Source of the DNA: Paramecium tetraurelia
Taxonomy: Eukaryota
Length of the DNA stretch: 64,000 nt
NCBI GenBank assembly: GCA_000165425.1
Contig: CT868675.1
Location: 62,001 to 126,000 of the forward strand
Direction: 5' to 3'
Both the position numbers and the translations under genes were made by a program. Under the pieces are notes generated by a model. It saw nothing but the letters and a program-made list of their open reading frames with translations, was not told where the DNA came from and ran no database searches. Of this stretch, positions 14,062-27,108 are shown one piece after another. Each line of letters opens with the position of its first letter. Position 1 is the stretch's first letter.

Positions 14062-15023
14062 ATTAATAATATATATTCATTTTTATTAAAATTATGGTGA
14101 TGATTAAGCAAGAAAGAGGTAGTATAATCAATATTAAATAAATCTGGTCTTAAACGCGATACATTGCTAAAAATTCAGATGGACTCTTATTTAAATTATT
14201 CCTATTAATTTTAGTTATACACCGTATAATATTGCAATTATTATAGTAACATTATATTAACTATGGCTTTATTACTATTAACTTTGATATTTCATTCATA
14301 TCAGAGACTCTTAAATTTGATCGAATATGAATAATCATTGATATTTTATTTAGGGTGTTTGGAATAATTTAGTTCATAATCACAAAATTTTGATTTAATT
14401 ATCAATTTAAAAAAGAAACCACTTAAAAATTATAAGGAGATTAAGGAATTCCACAGCACTCTTAAAATAATTAATAGGTTAAACTTTTACGACTAAAATT
14501 TAGAAACTACTATCTTCGAATAAAATCTATCTAATATAGTTTTCCTTACAATAGTCTCTGAGATAAGTATCATTTCCTTGTTGTTATCTAACTGGTCTTT
14601 TGAAAACTTCTGTTAATGAAAATCCACTGAATCCAGTGCTACTTTTTACAGTGAAATACAGGGTAAAAATTCCTTTTTGCGGAATCAGTTTACTTTTGCG
14701 ATAATAAATTTGACCTGGCTAATGTAACAATTCTAAGTTTATTCTCTTAATTCCTGAAGTTTCGATATTGAGATCATTTCATTATCGAAAGAGCCCAAGA
14801 GCTTATTCAAATAATAAGGAAATTACTTCATTATCTATAATTTTAGTCTATCTTCTCTTTCGCAATATATGGTACTTTATTTTCATTTTATCATTTAATA
14901 TAATGTTATTGATTAGCTTTTAGATTGTACGATTTATAATCGTTTCAATAATAAACAAAAATAAGAGCATGAAAAAATAATAATTATTATTTCAATTACA
15001 ATTTATATTATCTTGTAAATAAA

Positions 15024-15933
15024 TCAAGAATCATAATAGGCTAATTTTTAATAATAATCCTAATCTTTTTTGGTTGGATGACAGCATAGACAAAAAGTAA
15101 ATATAACCATTAGACCCATTATTACAACCGCTCCAGCTGAAATATCACCTATAAGTTTTAGAGTATCGTATATTTATTATTGGGACGAAAGTAAGCATTG
15201 ATTATTCTAAATTAGAGAGAACTACTTACACTTTCATCAAATTTGTGATTGATATCGTAAAATATTTACAAAGAAAATGGAGTGCACCATCCTGAGCAAT
15301 CGTATTTTTTTTCAAGACTTTTAAATAATTTAGCTTAAGATCTCCGAGAACTATCCCAGTTATCAAAGGATGAGCAATCCTAAACTCTATTTGCCTATTT
15401 ATTTAACTATTTTTATACTGCTGATGAATTTGTTGTGTGATTAAAATAAGCGGTTGGAAGATTTGTTGGGTCCTCTATATAGCATTAACATTCGGCTGAA
15501 CATAAAAGGTTTTGCCCTAAATCCCAAGTTTGTTGTAAGGGAGGATTATTCGAACAATATGTAGAAACATCTAATCCATTAATTTAATGTGCGCGCACAT
15601 ATCCTGCAACTGTAAGACCTACAAATCCGAGAAACAATGCAATATTAACCAAATTAAATATTAATAGGAGACAAGCGCTTTTTTTCTTTCCTCCAAAGAT
15701 TCCAATTATCCCGTTCAGAATCATTGAGGAAGAGAATATCCAAAAAGCAACCAAAATTCCCTACCCTTTATTTGTTTCCTTAAAATAAGTCAAATATTTA
15801 CATCATCTTCTTTTGCCAAGTTAAATTCGATCTACAAGTATATCGTAAAGCCAAAACTTCCCAACCCTGCAATCAATATGAGAATAGCCTCAAATTCAAC
15901 TATGCATTTCAAACAACCAATAGGAAGACACAT
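15024..15933 (-). CDS. tetraspanin-like 4-TM protein
   Basis: Three N-terminal TM helices (GIIGIFGGKKKSACLLLIF), Cys-rich loop (LCSAECQC, LEKKYDCSGWC), fourth TM ending CLCC. Confidence 0.75.
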
Positions 15934-16854
15934 GATTAAATCAAAATAATAATTATTCTATAATTAAACATTCTATAATATATTAGGTTGTATAAATACA
16001 GAATGCAAAAAATATAAATTTTCTTCTATATATATTAATCAATTCATAAATAAACAAAAATATGTTGATTACATTGATAAAATTGAAATGAATTTAGTAA
16101 ATTTTTATTATTATGCTTGAACGAGGAGATCATGTTCACTCATAATCAACTAAGCTATGAATTTGATAATCTCTCTAAACTAATCTTGAATGCTTAAAAG
16201 TTTTCATTCAAATTGGAACTTTGTATTTATCATGTCCTTGTTTACCCAGAGAATCGAATTTCTATCTTTCTTAATGAGCAATTGAAATTGCTATTATGGA
16301 AATTATGAACATAGAATTATAACAATAATTGTTATAATGAAATTGCCCATAAGATTGCTGAGTATCTTTTTGAATGAATAATCGCAGTTGTATATTATTT
16401 TAGGTCAGCCAACAGTTTGTTAGTTTCTAATAGTTATTTATCATCAATTATAAATTATTAGATACATTTGAATTCTAAATTTAATAATACATATAGTTAT
16501 TGTTAGGGAATACAAGTTACCTTTTTGATCCATTCCATTCTACAACTTTGAAGAAAAGGGTAAGAATTGCTGAGCTTAGAAATAATTTTAAGATATATAT
16601 AATAATTTTGAAAGAATGGATCCCTAATGAACTAGAAGGTTTGGCTAGAAATCTCAATTGAGATACAGATCACTAATATTGGTGTTTCACTTATTGCGAA
16701 TTGAAATTCAGAATTATGTGGGTATTGCAAGGAGATAGAATCATTTTTTAAGATATAGATTGCTATTAAAAATAGTGTTAGTTAATTTTATTAGAAAATT
16801 AAAAATAAATATACAAAATATCCTAACTTGATTAATTTAGTATTTAATTATAAT

Positions 16855-17745
16855 ATGAATTTTGAATAAGAATTACAGCAAACTTTCTTTGAGCAATAAA
16901 TATCTGGACATTCTATATTTATAAAACTTAATGATGGGGAATTTGTTGCGAAGTCATGTTCAACTGAAAATAATAATGAACAAATGTATGCATTCTCGTT
17001 AATATTTTTAAAGTTTCTATGAATGGGTATAACATATCCAAGGTTATTAGGATTTCTTCTCTTAATATAATGGTGTAATTACTTTGAAGGATACTCAAGT
17101 AATCGAATAGCCAAAAGTTGATTAACGATAATAAAAATGGCTTGAATCTCTGATTGCGAAAAGGTTTAATCCTAATAACAAAAGTAAATGCTGTTTTTCA
17201 GCTTTTAGAATACTTGCTTTTAGAAAATTTGGTGCAGCGCTAAAAGAACCTTCGAATACTTGATATAAAATTGGGGTTTACAGTTGAAAAAAAGTCACAT
17301 ATAATACGTTATTAAGAATCAACATCTTCGAAAGTTGGTCTGCGAATTTGTGGAATGAAAGTTCAAGAAAACGATGAAATAATAGTTTTTAGAGATAAGC
17401 ACTGGGGGAGACGCATTTCAGTAGATGAATTGACAGAGGAGTTGAAAACTTTTTTTAACATACAAAAAAAGAGTTGTAAGTTATATATGTATTATGATAT
17501 CATTAGAAATGATTATAAATTTAACCGAATAAGTTGAACATCTGAAATTATTTATAACTCAAAATTGCAAAGAAGTGGTCTCCTGGCAGGGAACGAGTTT
17601 ATTGATAGTTTCTGATTCAGAGGATGATTTAAAAATCAGACTAATTGATTTTTCAAAGGCAAAAGTGGACAAGCAATCGAATAAAGGGAATACTGACATA
17701 ATTGATTCTTTGAATAGTTTATTAGAACTAGTTAAGCAGATTTGA
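16855..17745 (+). CDS. inositol polyphosphate kinase (IPK/IPMK family)
   Basis: QISGH, YLLLENL, ILDIKLG, STSSKVGLRICGM, GTSLLIV, IRLIDF motifs. Confidence 0.85.
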
Positions 17746-17862
17746 TGATTTAATATAGTATTTTGGAAATAAATTTTTGTAATATACTGACACTTATACT
17801 AATGAATAAATATAAAAGAAAATAATCAAATCCATATTAAAAGTTTTTATATTTAAAAATAT

Positions 17863-19628
17863 ATGTAAGGAGCTCCAGTGATTGTTGTGAATGCTAACAC
17901 AAAAAGAGAATAAGGAAGAAAGGCCTAATTGGGAAATATATAAGCAGCCAAGGCTGTGTCGGATATAGTCCTTACGACTCTTGGTCCTCGTTCAATGTTG
18001 AAAATGTTACTTGATCCAATGGGTGGAATAGTGATGACAAATGATGGAAATGCTATCCTAAGAGAAATCGATGTTCAGCATCCAGCAGCAAAGAGTATGA
18101 TTGAATTAGCAAGAGTATTGTTATTTATAATAATTAATAGGCTCAAGATGAAGAGGTTGGAGATGGCACAACATCAGTCATAATTTTGGCAGGTGAAATG
18201 ATGGTTGCTGCAAGACCATTCATTGAAAAGAATATCCATCCAACTGAAATAGTTAATGGTTATTTTAAGGCTCTGGAAGATTCAGTTTCAATTTTAGATG
18301 AAATTGCATAATAGATTGACACTGACAAAAAGGAAGAAGTTATGAAAGCCTTACAATCTTGTATTGGAACTAAATTTGCATTCAGATGGGGAACATTAAT
18401 CAGTGATCTCTCCTTACAGGCTACAAGAATAGTCTTAAGAGGTGGAAATATTAATAAATTGAATTTGGAAATCAAGAGGTATGCAAAAGTAGAAAAGATT
18501 CCTGGTGGCACTCTTGAAGAAAGTTGTGTACTTGAAGGAGTCATGATTAATAAAGATGTCACTCATCCAAGAATGAGAAGAGAAATCAAAAATCCAAGAA
18601 TCATTTTATTGGATTGTACATTAGAATACAAAAAGGGAGAGTCTATGACTAATATGGAAATGACAAAAGAATCAGATATGACTGATGCACTTTAATAAGA
18701 AATTAATGAAGTTGCATTAATGTGCAATGATATTTTGAAACATAAACCTGATATTGTTATTACAGAAAAGGGAGTCTCTGATTTGGCTTAACATTTCCTA
18801 TTAAAAGGCAATGTTTCTGTCATTAGAAGAGTTAGAAAAACAGACAATACTAGAATAGCAAGAGTATCTGGGGCAACAATTGTCAATAGACCAGAAGAAT
18901 TGTAAGAAACTGATGTAGGTACATTATGTGGAACATTTGAAGTCAAAAAGATAGGAGATGACTATTTTGCATTCTTTGTTGATTGCTAAAATCCCACAGC
19001 TTGTTCAATCATATTGAGAGGAGCTTCAAAAGATGTACTCAATGAAATGGTAATATAAAATGAATTAATTAAATAGGAAAGAAATTTACATGATTGTTTG
19101 GCTGTTGCTAAGAACATTTATTAGGATCCAAAACTATTACCAGGAGGAGGAGCTGTTGAAATGGAAGTTAGTGCTAGATTGTTGGAAAAAGCCAATAAAG
19201 TTGAAGGATTAGGTTAGTTACCATATAAAGCAGGTATATTAAATCAATTAATCCTATTAAAGTTGCCTATGCCTTAGAAATCATCCCAAGAACTCTTTCA
19301 GCTAATTGCGGAGCTGACACTGTGAGAGTGTTGACTGAATTGAGAGCAAAACACAGTGAAACTGGAGGACTTTATTTTGGAGTAGATGGAAACACTGGAA
19401 AGATTGCCAAGATGAATGAGATTAATGTTTGGGAACCACTTTCAGTTAAAAAGTATGTTATAATGTTCTAAATCCCTTAGATAAGTTTTTAAGACTGCCA
19501 TTGAATCTGCATGCATGTTATTGAGAATTGATGATGTTGTCTCTGGAATCAAAAAGAAATAATAGCAATCAGGACGTTAAGGTGAGGAAGAACCCCAAGA
19601 AACATTTGGAGATCAAAGAGATGGTTGA
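17863..19628 (+). CDS. CCT3: T-complex protein 1 subunit gamma
   Basis: MQGAPVIVVNANTKREQGRKAQLGNIQAAKAV, TNDGNAILREI, DEEVGDGTTS, YAKVEKIPGG, EYKKGESMTNME. Confidence 0.97.
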
Positions 19629-19953
19629 TATTTGTTAAATATTAATAAGGATGTATAAATATCTAACATTTAGAAATTCAATAATTATGCAACATTTTTT
19701 ATATAAATGCACTCTTTAAGTCGTATTTTCATATGTCCATTTTAACATAATCTATCATATTGAATCTATAGGCTCAATTTAGAATACCGTGTTAACTAAT
19801 TGTCTTTAAAACTCTATAATCTTCAATTTATTCTGATGAAATCGAGGGAATAATTCAGTTTTACTTGTGGTATACTTTGTGCAATAAAGTTCTTAGGCGA
19901 TTGCTATTAATTTATATCTATATATTTTATTTATTTCATAAATCTTAAGAAAG

Positions 19954-21086
19954 ATGAGTACGGGATTGGCAAAACCAAAGAAGTTGAAATTGACAGATTA
20001 TGAAGTGTTTCAAACACTAGGAACAGGTATTTGAATTGAAATCCTAAATTTTAGGATCATTTGGACGAGTTAAATTGGCAAGAAACAAATAAACAAATAA
20101 ATATGTTGCTTTGAAAAGTTTAAAGAAAGCTGAAATCATTAGATTAAAATAGGTTGATCATGTTATTAATGAAAATACCATATTGGGCAACTTATCCCAT
20201 CCTTTTATCGTAATTTGACTGATTACTTTATAATAGGTCAATTTTGAGGGATTTTGCCAAGATCCAAGATACTTGTATTTAGTATTAGAGTTCGTATCAG
20301 GAGGTGAGTTATTTACCTATTTGAGAAGCATAGGCAGACTCGATACTTAACACGCTGCGTAAAAAATATTACATAAATTATAGATTTTATGCTTCATAAG
20401 TTGCTTCAATTTTTGAATATCTTCATTCCAAGAATATTGTCTATAGAGATTTGAAACCAGAAAATTTGTTAATTGCAGATGATGGATACTTGAAGCTAAC
20501 AGATTTTGGATTTGCTAAAGTTGTTGAAGGAAGAACATATACTTTGTGTGGAACACCAGAATATTTGGCTCCAGAAATTTTATTGAATAAAGGACATGGC
20601 AAGGCTGTTGATTGGTGGACTTTGGGAATTTTAATCTACGAGATGAACGCAGGAATCGACCCTTTCTCTGATGAAGATCCTATGGCTATTTATTAAAAGA
20701 TCCTTAAGGGCAAGGTTAAATTTCCTAAGTCTTTTGATAAGTACACTACTGTTTTTACTATTTTAGAAATGCAAAATCCTTAGTCAAACATTTATTAGTT
20801 GCAGATTTATCTAAAAGATATGGAAACTTAAAAAATGGTAATTCTCTCCTCTTATATATTTATAGGAGCGGCTGATATCAAGAATCATAGATGGTTTGGT
20901 AATCTAGATTGGAACTTGCTAACTCAGAAGAAATTGCCAGTCCCTTATAAGCCTGTTGTTAAGTAAGATCTTGCCTATTTATTCCTTAGAGCTGCAAATG
21001 ATACATCAAATTTCTCATCATACCCAGAATCTGATACCTAAAGTCCTGCACTCAAGCCCGCTGATGATCCCTTCCTTGAATGGTGA
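19954..21086 (+). CDS. PKAC: cAMP-dependent protein kinase catalytic subunit
   Basis: [54 protein letters not shown]-terminal FLEW*. Confidence 0.95.
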
Positions 21087-21389
21087 AATATACATTATCA
21101 TGAATAAATATGTAAAGAAAATTAATCAATAATCTTGCAGTCTTTTTCTCGTATCATAGTTTAATTCATTACCAAGTTCTCATTATTCTTAATTCCTATA
21201 CTCTATATATTAATTTTAATTTTAGAGATGTTATTAATTTAATCACAATCTAGAACCTTGAAAAGGGATAAATTCATTCTTTATCATAAGTCTAGTTAAA
21301 GATTTTCTATAACTAAAAATCGATTAATACATAAATGAAATGATATTAAATAAATTTTACTAAAGTATTAATCTGTTGATAAAAAATAA

Positions 21390-23340
21390 TTAAAATGAAC
21401 TCATATGATATTGACAACTGCTTGTTTATGATTTTTTAAACTTCCCAAAAATTAAGCCCTGTTTGCAATTTAAGTCTATGGATTTCATAAATTTAAATTG
21501 CAAAATTTCTTAATTCATTAATAAATGTGCATGATTGCTCAGCTAATTAATAAATACATGATGTAGTTTATGATCCTTATCTATCAGTCTAATAAAGTTG
21601 AATTTTGGAAGATGGTAAAGAAAGAAGTTATTTAAAAAAATAGTACTCAAAGAAAATATCAGAGGATATTATTATCTCATTTAAATAGATGGATATAAGA
21701 TAAGTTAATCTTCGGTACTTAAAATAAAGAATTACATAAATAATTGTTATATTAAATATTTACAAAATCAATAGTTGTGATATATCATTCATCCAATAAA
21801 TAACGAGATAGAAAATATATACTAAACTTTTGATTTCTAATTTGTCAGATCTTCAAGAGTGACTGAATTGGTAAAGTTATTCAAGGGATGCACCCTAATT
21901 AATATTTTTTTAAAGTTCAAAAAAAAATAAATTGTTTTGAATAATAATTAAGACATATAATGTAGTATTTAATGCTTTTTATGATTAACTAAGCTTAACA
22001 ATTGTACAAATAGAAGGAACCAACTTCGAATATTAAGAAGAGAAGAAAAAATAATGGTATTCATTAATTGCTAAATTCTAATAACAATTTGTTTCATAAC
22101 TTAAACTTTGGAAAAATTAGTACAATTTAGTAAAATTTGAAATCATTTAATTTTCTTAGTAATTCATGAGTATTGAAATTGAATTCTCAAATTTCAAAAA
22201 AATGTTTCAATAAACTTAAGACATCGAAGTTTGTTATTGAATTCAATGCTTTTAAATAAGTGCTTGTAATGAGAACTAAAATGGGGTAAAGTCATAACCA
22301 ATTGGTTTTTAGGTGTTTGTAATTACATTTTAAATTCTGATCAATATCAGAATATCAAATATTCCTTGATTTAGATTAATGAGTATATATAATTATTAAT
22401 TGATTAATTTGGATTGTTTTCAAAATTAAATACAGTAAATATGAAACTTTTTGAGTATCAGAAAGTGTTAAAACAGAATGGAGAACAGTAGCCATATTAT
22501 TAATAATTCAGTGTATTAAACAAATACATCACTCAAACAGTTTCAATGCTTAACCAAGAAAAGAATCATATTTTCTTGTAGTCTAACTATGCTGTTGGAG
22601 CTAAGTTTTATGTAAAGGTTTGATGATTAGAATTTTTATTTTCTTGTAAGAAAATCTAACAGAATGACTGTTGTTGTTAATTGTTCTAATTATCCTTGAC
22701 TTCCTTTTTACGATTATACTCTAACAATTTGACAAAGTCGATTTCAATATTTCTCTAAGGTTAGCTTCTCTGAAGAGGATAGTGGTGTTTTTTTGATGTG
22801 CACACCCCCATATGATTTGTAGTAATAATAATTAATTGTTTGTGAATTGATATTACCATATCAAGCAAATTAAAAAGAATTCATATCTTTTATTGAATAT
22901 TTTACATTAGAATTATTGACGTCTTGACTTCAATTCCATATAAATTTCACCTTCACGTTTAATTCTACCATTTTCTATAAAAAATCTTGTAAACTCAATA
23001 AATATTTTAAAATTTCTAATAATCCTTCAGTGTTTTTATTGCTATTACTTGAGTTCATAATGCACTGAGCTGTATTTTCTAGAAGAGAAACAGACTTTAA
23101 ATCTAAAATCCCCCCAATTATTCTTGAAACAGAGTAGAAGGATAGCAATTTGAAAAAATATTTAGGTAGCTTTAATTGCATTGTTCTGGAAATCACTTGA
23201 AACACATGTATAAAAATTTAGAATCTTGTGGTTCCCTTACATACATTCAAGATTTCACATGAAATAACAACTTTATAATTGCTTAACTTAAATAGATTTC
23301 ATCAGAATTTCAACCTTATTTATAAAAAAATTGCATTTTT
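21390..23340. pseudogene. gene-poor stretch with broken reading frames (probable decayed gene remnants)
   Basis: About 2 kb with partial coding-like frames interrupted by TGA or frameshifts on both strands. Confidence 0.3.
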
Positions 23341-23360
23341 TTTTAATAAAAAATATAAAA

Positions 23361-24830
23361 ATGAACTCAAATAAGATATCTCTTCTAAATCATTTCGAAG
23401 AACTAAAATAAAGCTAATAGAAGTAATAAGAATAAATAAAATTTGCTTTCGATACTTTTAATCAATTGGTGTAGCAATTTTAAACTTTATAATTGCCAAA
23501 ATAAAATTTAAAAGTACTTGTATAAGAAAATTAATAAAGAAGCACGATTAAGAAGGAAAAACCCAAAAAAGTCTATAAGGAGAAAAATCTTTTCAAGAGA
23601 TTTGTAACTTAAATTGTCTTCAGAAATATTATGCAATTTTTATCCATTCAGGATATCAAATAATTACGATTAGTGAGTTTTTTCACAAATTACTTAATAG
23701 AAACTAACATAGAGTTTTTGTTATACCATAAAATATAAAGGACTAAATATTTAGAGTCATTAAATATCGGAGATTATTAATTACCTATTATCCCTAGTTT
23801 AAGAAGTGTGTATATTTCATTAAGGAAATTGATCTCATAAAAAGGAAATCTTAATAAAATTCCTCAATAACTCTTATCCTATTTAACTTTACTTATAGAT
23901 TTGAATACAGCAGCGAAATCTTAAAATAGTAAGCGAAATGAATATCTGTCTAAATACGATATTATATAAGCTGTAAATTAATAACTCCTCTATTACCCTT
24001 TGAACTGGTTTAATTTCTTTGAGAAAGAAAGAAGAATAATAAAAAACGTGGCTGCTATGCAATTTTGTAAAAAGTGTAGGATAGAACAAAATTAATATGA
24101 TGATTTGAAAAAATACATAAAAAATCTTATTGATTTTTCTACTAGTTCAAACTATAAAGTAATTTGTGATGCTCAAAATAAAGATTAAATAATGGCTACA
24201 ATCTCAAAATATTTGAGGTTTTTAAATAAGTTACTCATTAAAATAAAGGCCAAATAAAATCAACTAAAAAAGATATCTAATTTAGGAAATGTGTTTTTCT
24301 AAACTGTGTATACATACTGTTCGTTATAGGATATCATTAAAGGCAGATTTGTGTGTCAAAAGTTTAATCAGGAATTAAAATAGCATGCCATATTTCACTT
24401 TTAGATTCAAGGTTTCCGAATTTAAAAGCAAATCAATTTAATTTAAACTAATTTTAATTTAAGCCAATCATAGGATGAGTTTTTATATAAAAATAAAGAG
24501 CAACCCAGTTTGATGGAACTCTTTTATTGCATTTAATAAGAGTGTAAATTACAAAATAATATCAATATGAGAGATTTCTTACAAATAAATAGTTAATAAA
24601 TTTCTGAAATCATTTTTAAATCTTAAGGTGATAATGAGCTTCATTCAAGATCTCGAGAATAGGTTAAAGAATGTTTGGGAATAGATATTCTGGTTGAAAG
24701 TAATTATGATGTCTTCTAATTAAAATTATAAAGGGTTAAAGAGTGTTTGATGGAATATTATGTCAAATTGCCTCAACTTTAGAAAACACTATTAAATTTA
24801 GAGAATCATTAAAATGAACTCTTAATTTGA
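23361..24830 (+). CDS. hypothetical protein
   Basis: Mostly open code-6 frame with small introns (one internal junction unresolved), ending ELLI*. Confidence 0.5.
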
Positions 24831-25152
24831 TTTTAATTATATATTATTTTTTCTATTGTTTTAAATAATACAGTTGAAAGATAACCACAATAATCATGAA
24901 TAAAATGATTGGAAATAGTCCTCGGGAGGAATCCAATTTGTGGAGTGATTGTCAAGGCCATCATCTTCTTTGTTACAATTATAATCAACACTCGAATATT
25001 TATAAAGGTTATCTTTTAATGTGAGAAGGTATTTTAAATCTGATTACTTAAAATTATAATTGATTATAAGATTTTGAAGTTGTGTTTTTGAGTTTTGGTA
25101 TATAACTTTTGGGATATTAATTAAAACAAAAAATTTCATCATATCAAATAAA

Positions 25153-25869
25153 ATGTCATTCACCAACTCATCAGCTAGCAATTCTTTATTATTTTCATAA
25201 ACTTCAATTAACTACATCCAAACCCACTTCGACGAAGAATTGGAATTACAAGAATTGGAAGCAGAAAAAGAGATTTTCGCTTAAATGTTTCAAACTCATT
25301 ATAACACTACTAACATGTTCATCTAGACTGTTTAAGAATCTGATATTTTAAAGTAACAAATCTAGAAAAATTTACTTTTATTAGGTAAACCAAAAAACTG
25401 AGAATCCTTAAACGAAAACTTCGCAAACTGATGAGAAGTCAAATAAGTAGAAGAAGAGGCATGAATAGTCAAAGGCAGGGAGAGTCTTTAAGTGGAATGA
25501 CAGCCTCCAACCAATCTCAATATTATCCTTATTACGAGGGTCCATATTATGGTAATAGTCATTAAGAAACTGATAACTCGGATATAAAATCTATACCAGA
25601 ACCGATTATAAATCCAGATATTAGTATTATTTCGTCGTCATCTACATTGCATTCATGTTTAGCATTATTTTAATTTTAGCATCTCAGACCAAGAAGACAG
25701 ATGTGAATAATGTGGAAGTTTAAAAGATTGCAGACAATAATAGCAATATTATCAAAAATAATAACAATATTAATACTACTAATAATTAATGTGAGGGAAT
25801 TGTGAAAAGAGCCTTCCAATAATATGACCCAAACGAGTAGTGTTAGTGGTTTTAGCATTAGTAGTAGTG
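25153..25869 (+). CDS. hypothetical low-complexity protein (3' end uncertain)
   Basis: MSFTNSSASNSLL...FDEELELQELEAEKE..., two small introns. Confidence 0.5.
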
Positions 25870-26110
25870 AAAGACACCCTTCAAACTGGTAGCTGCAGTT
25901 ATGAGGGGTTGAAAAAGCCGTGCGTACACTCAAAGAAGTGACAAAGCTTTCATCAACACCTATAAATTATAATTTTTCAAAGTATATCCTCTGTTTACGA
26001 ACTTCCCCTTTTCTCTTTTTCAAATACCTCTATTTAGTGAGAGTTATTCCGATAGAATAACTCAACTTTTTGAATCAATAATTATTATTTTTTATATTAT
26101 AGCCAAAAGT

Positions 26111-27009
26111 ATGGACATTTAAAATGATTCACTTGACATCTCCAAGTCAAATTTCCTTTAATCTAAAGATATATCCGAGTATCTATCCAAAGATTTTTAC
26201 ACCAAATTTAAGATGGAATAAAATCTAATTGATTAATCGGCCACACTCTCGAGGTTATCCATAATTGACAAAACAAGTGATGACTTAACTAATAACACTT
26301 AAATTAAATTAATTAGTTCATCAGAAAGACTAGGCGAGGAAATCTATAAAAACTAAGTATTCATTATTATTTAAGAAAAACTAGATTTTAGAACAGTAAG
26401 TTGTTACTTTACAATTGCAATTAAAATTGGCCATTGATCACATTACTATTTTGTAAGATTAGGTGGAATCCAAATAAAAAGAAATCAATCAATTATAGCT
26501 AAAATTATAAGAGTAAATTAATAAAAATGAAAATGAAAGCAGAATAAATTCTTAAAATCAATTTAAGATTGAGCAATTATAGATGTGTTTAAAGTAATAT
26601 ACTTATTCAAATTAGGGAATATGCCAAACCATCAAAAGATAAAGAAGTTTAAAAACACTAGTTTTTTTATTAGCTTAAGGATCTCTCTAAAAAATACTCA
26701 AAACCTACACTAACTAATTAAAAGACTAACTAAACAGAGGATTCCTCAAAAAGATACTAAAATAATTAATTAGAAATCACCGAAGATTCTTCAATGAAAG
26801 ATACTTCAGTTAGTGACTTTAGATCAACGTACAATTTATTAAATACAAAATAAAATTTTAATTAAAGTGGAAAAAAATTTTGGTCTCCTCCATAATTTCA
26901 ATCTCCTACAAATTAAAAGCAATCCAATTTAAAAAAACGATTAGATATTACTATAACATAAATCAAAGCTATGCAATAACATTTTAGTTAATACCAACCC
27001 ACTAAATGA
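26111..27009 (+). CDS. hypothetical coiled-coil protein
   Basis: MDIQNDSLDISK..., Q/E/L/K-rich heptads, two introns, ends TK*. Confidence 0.55.
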
Positions 27010-27108
27010 AGAGTTTTCTATATTTCTTAGATAATTAATTGTATTTATATGTATTTAACAAAATGTTAATTATTAATCGATAAATTTCAGTAAGAAACCA
27101 GATATAAA

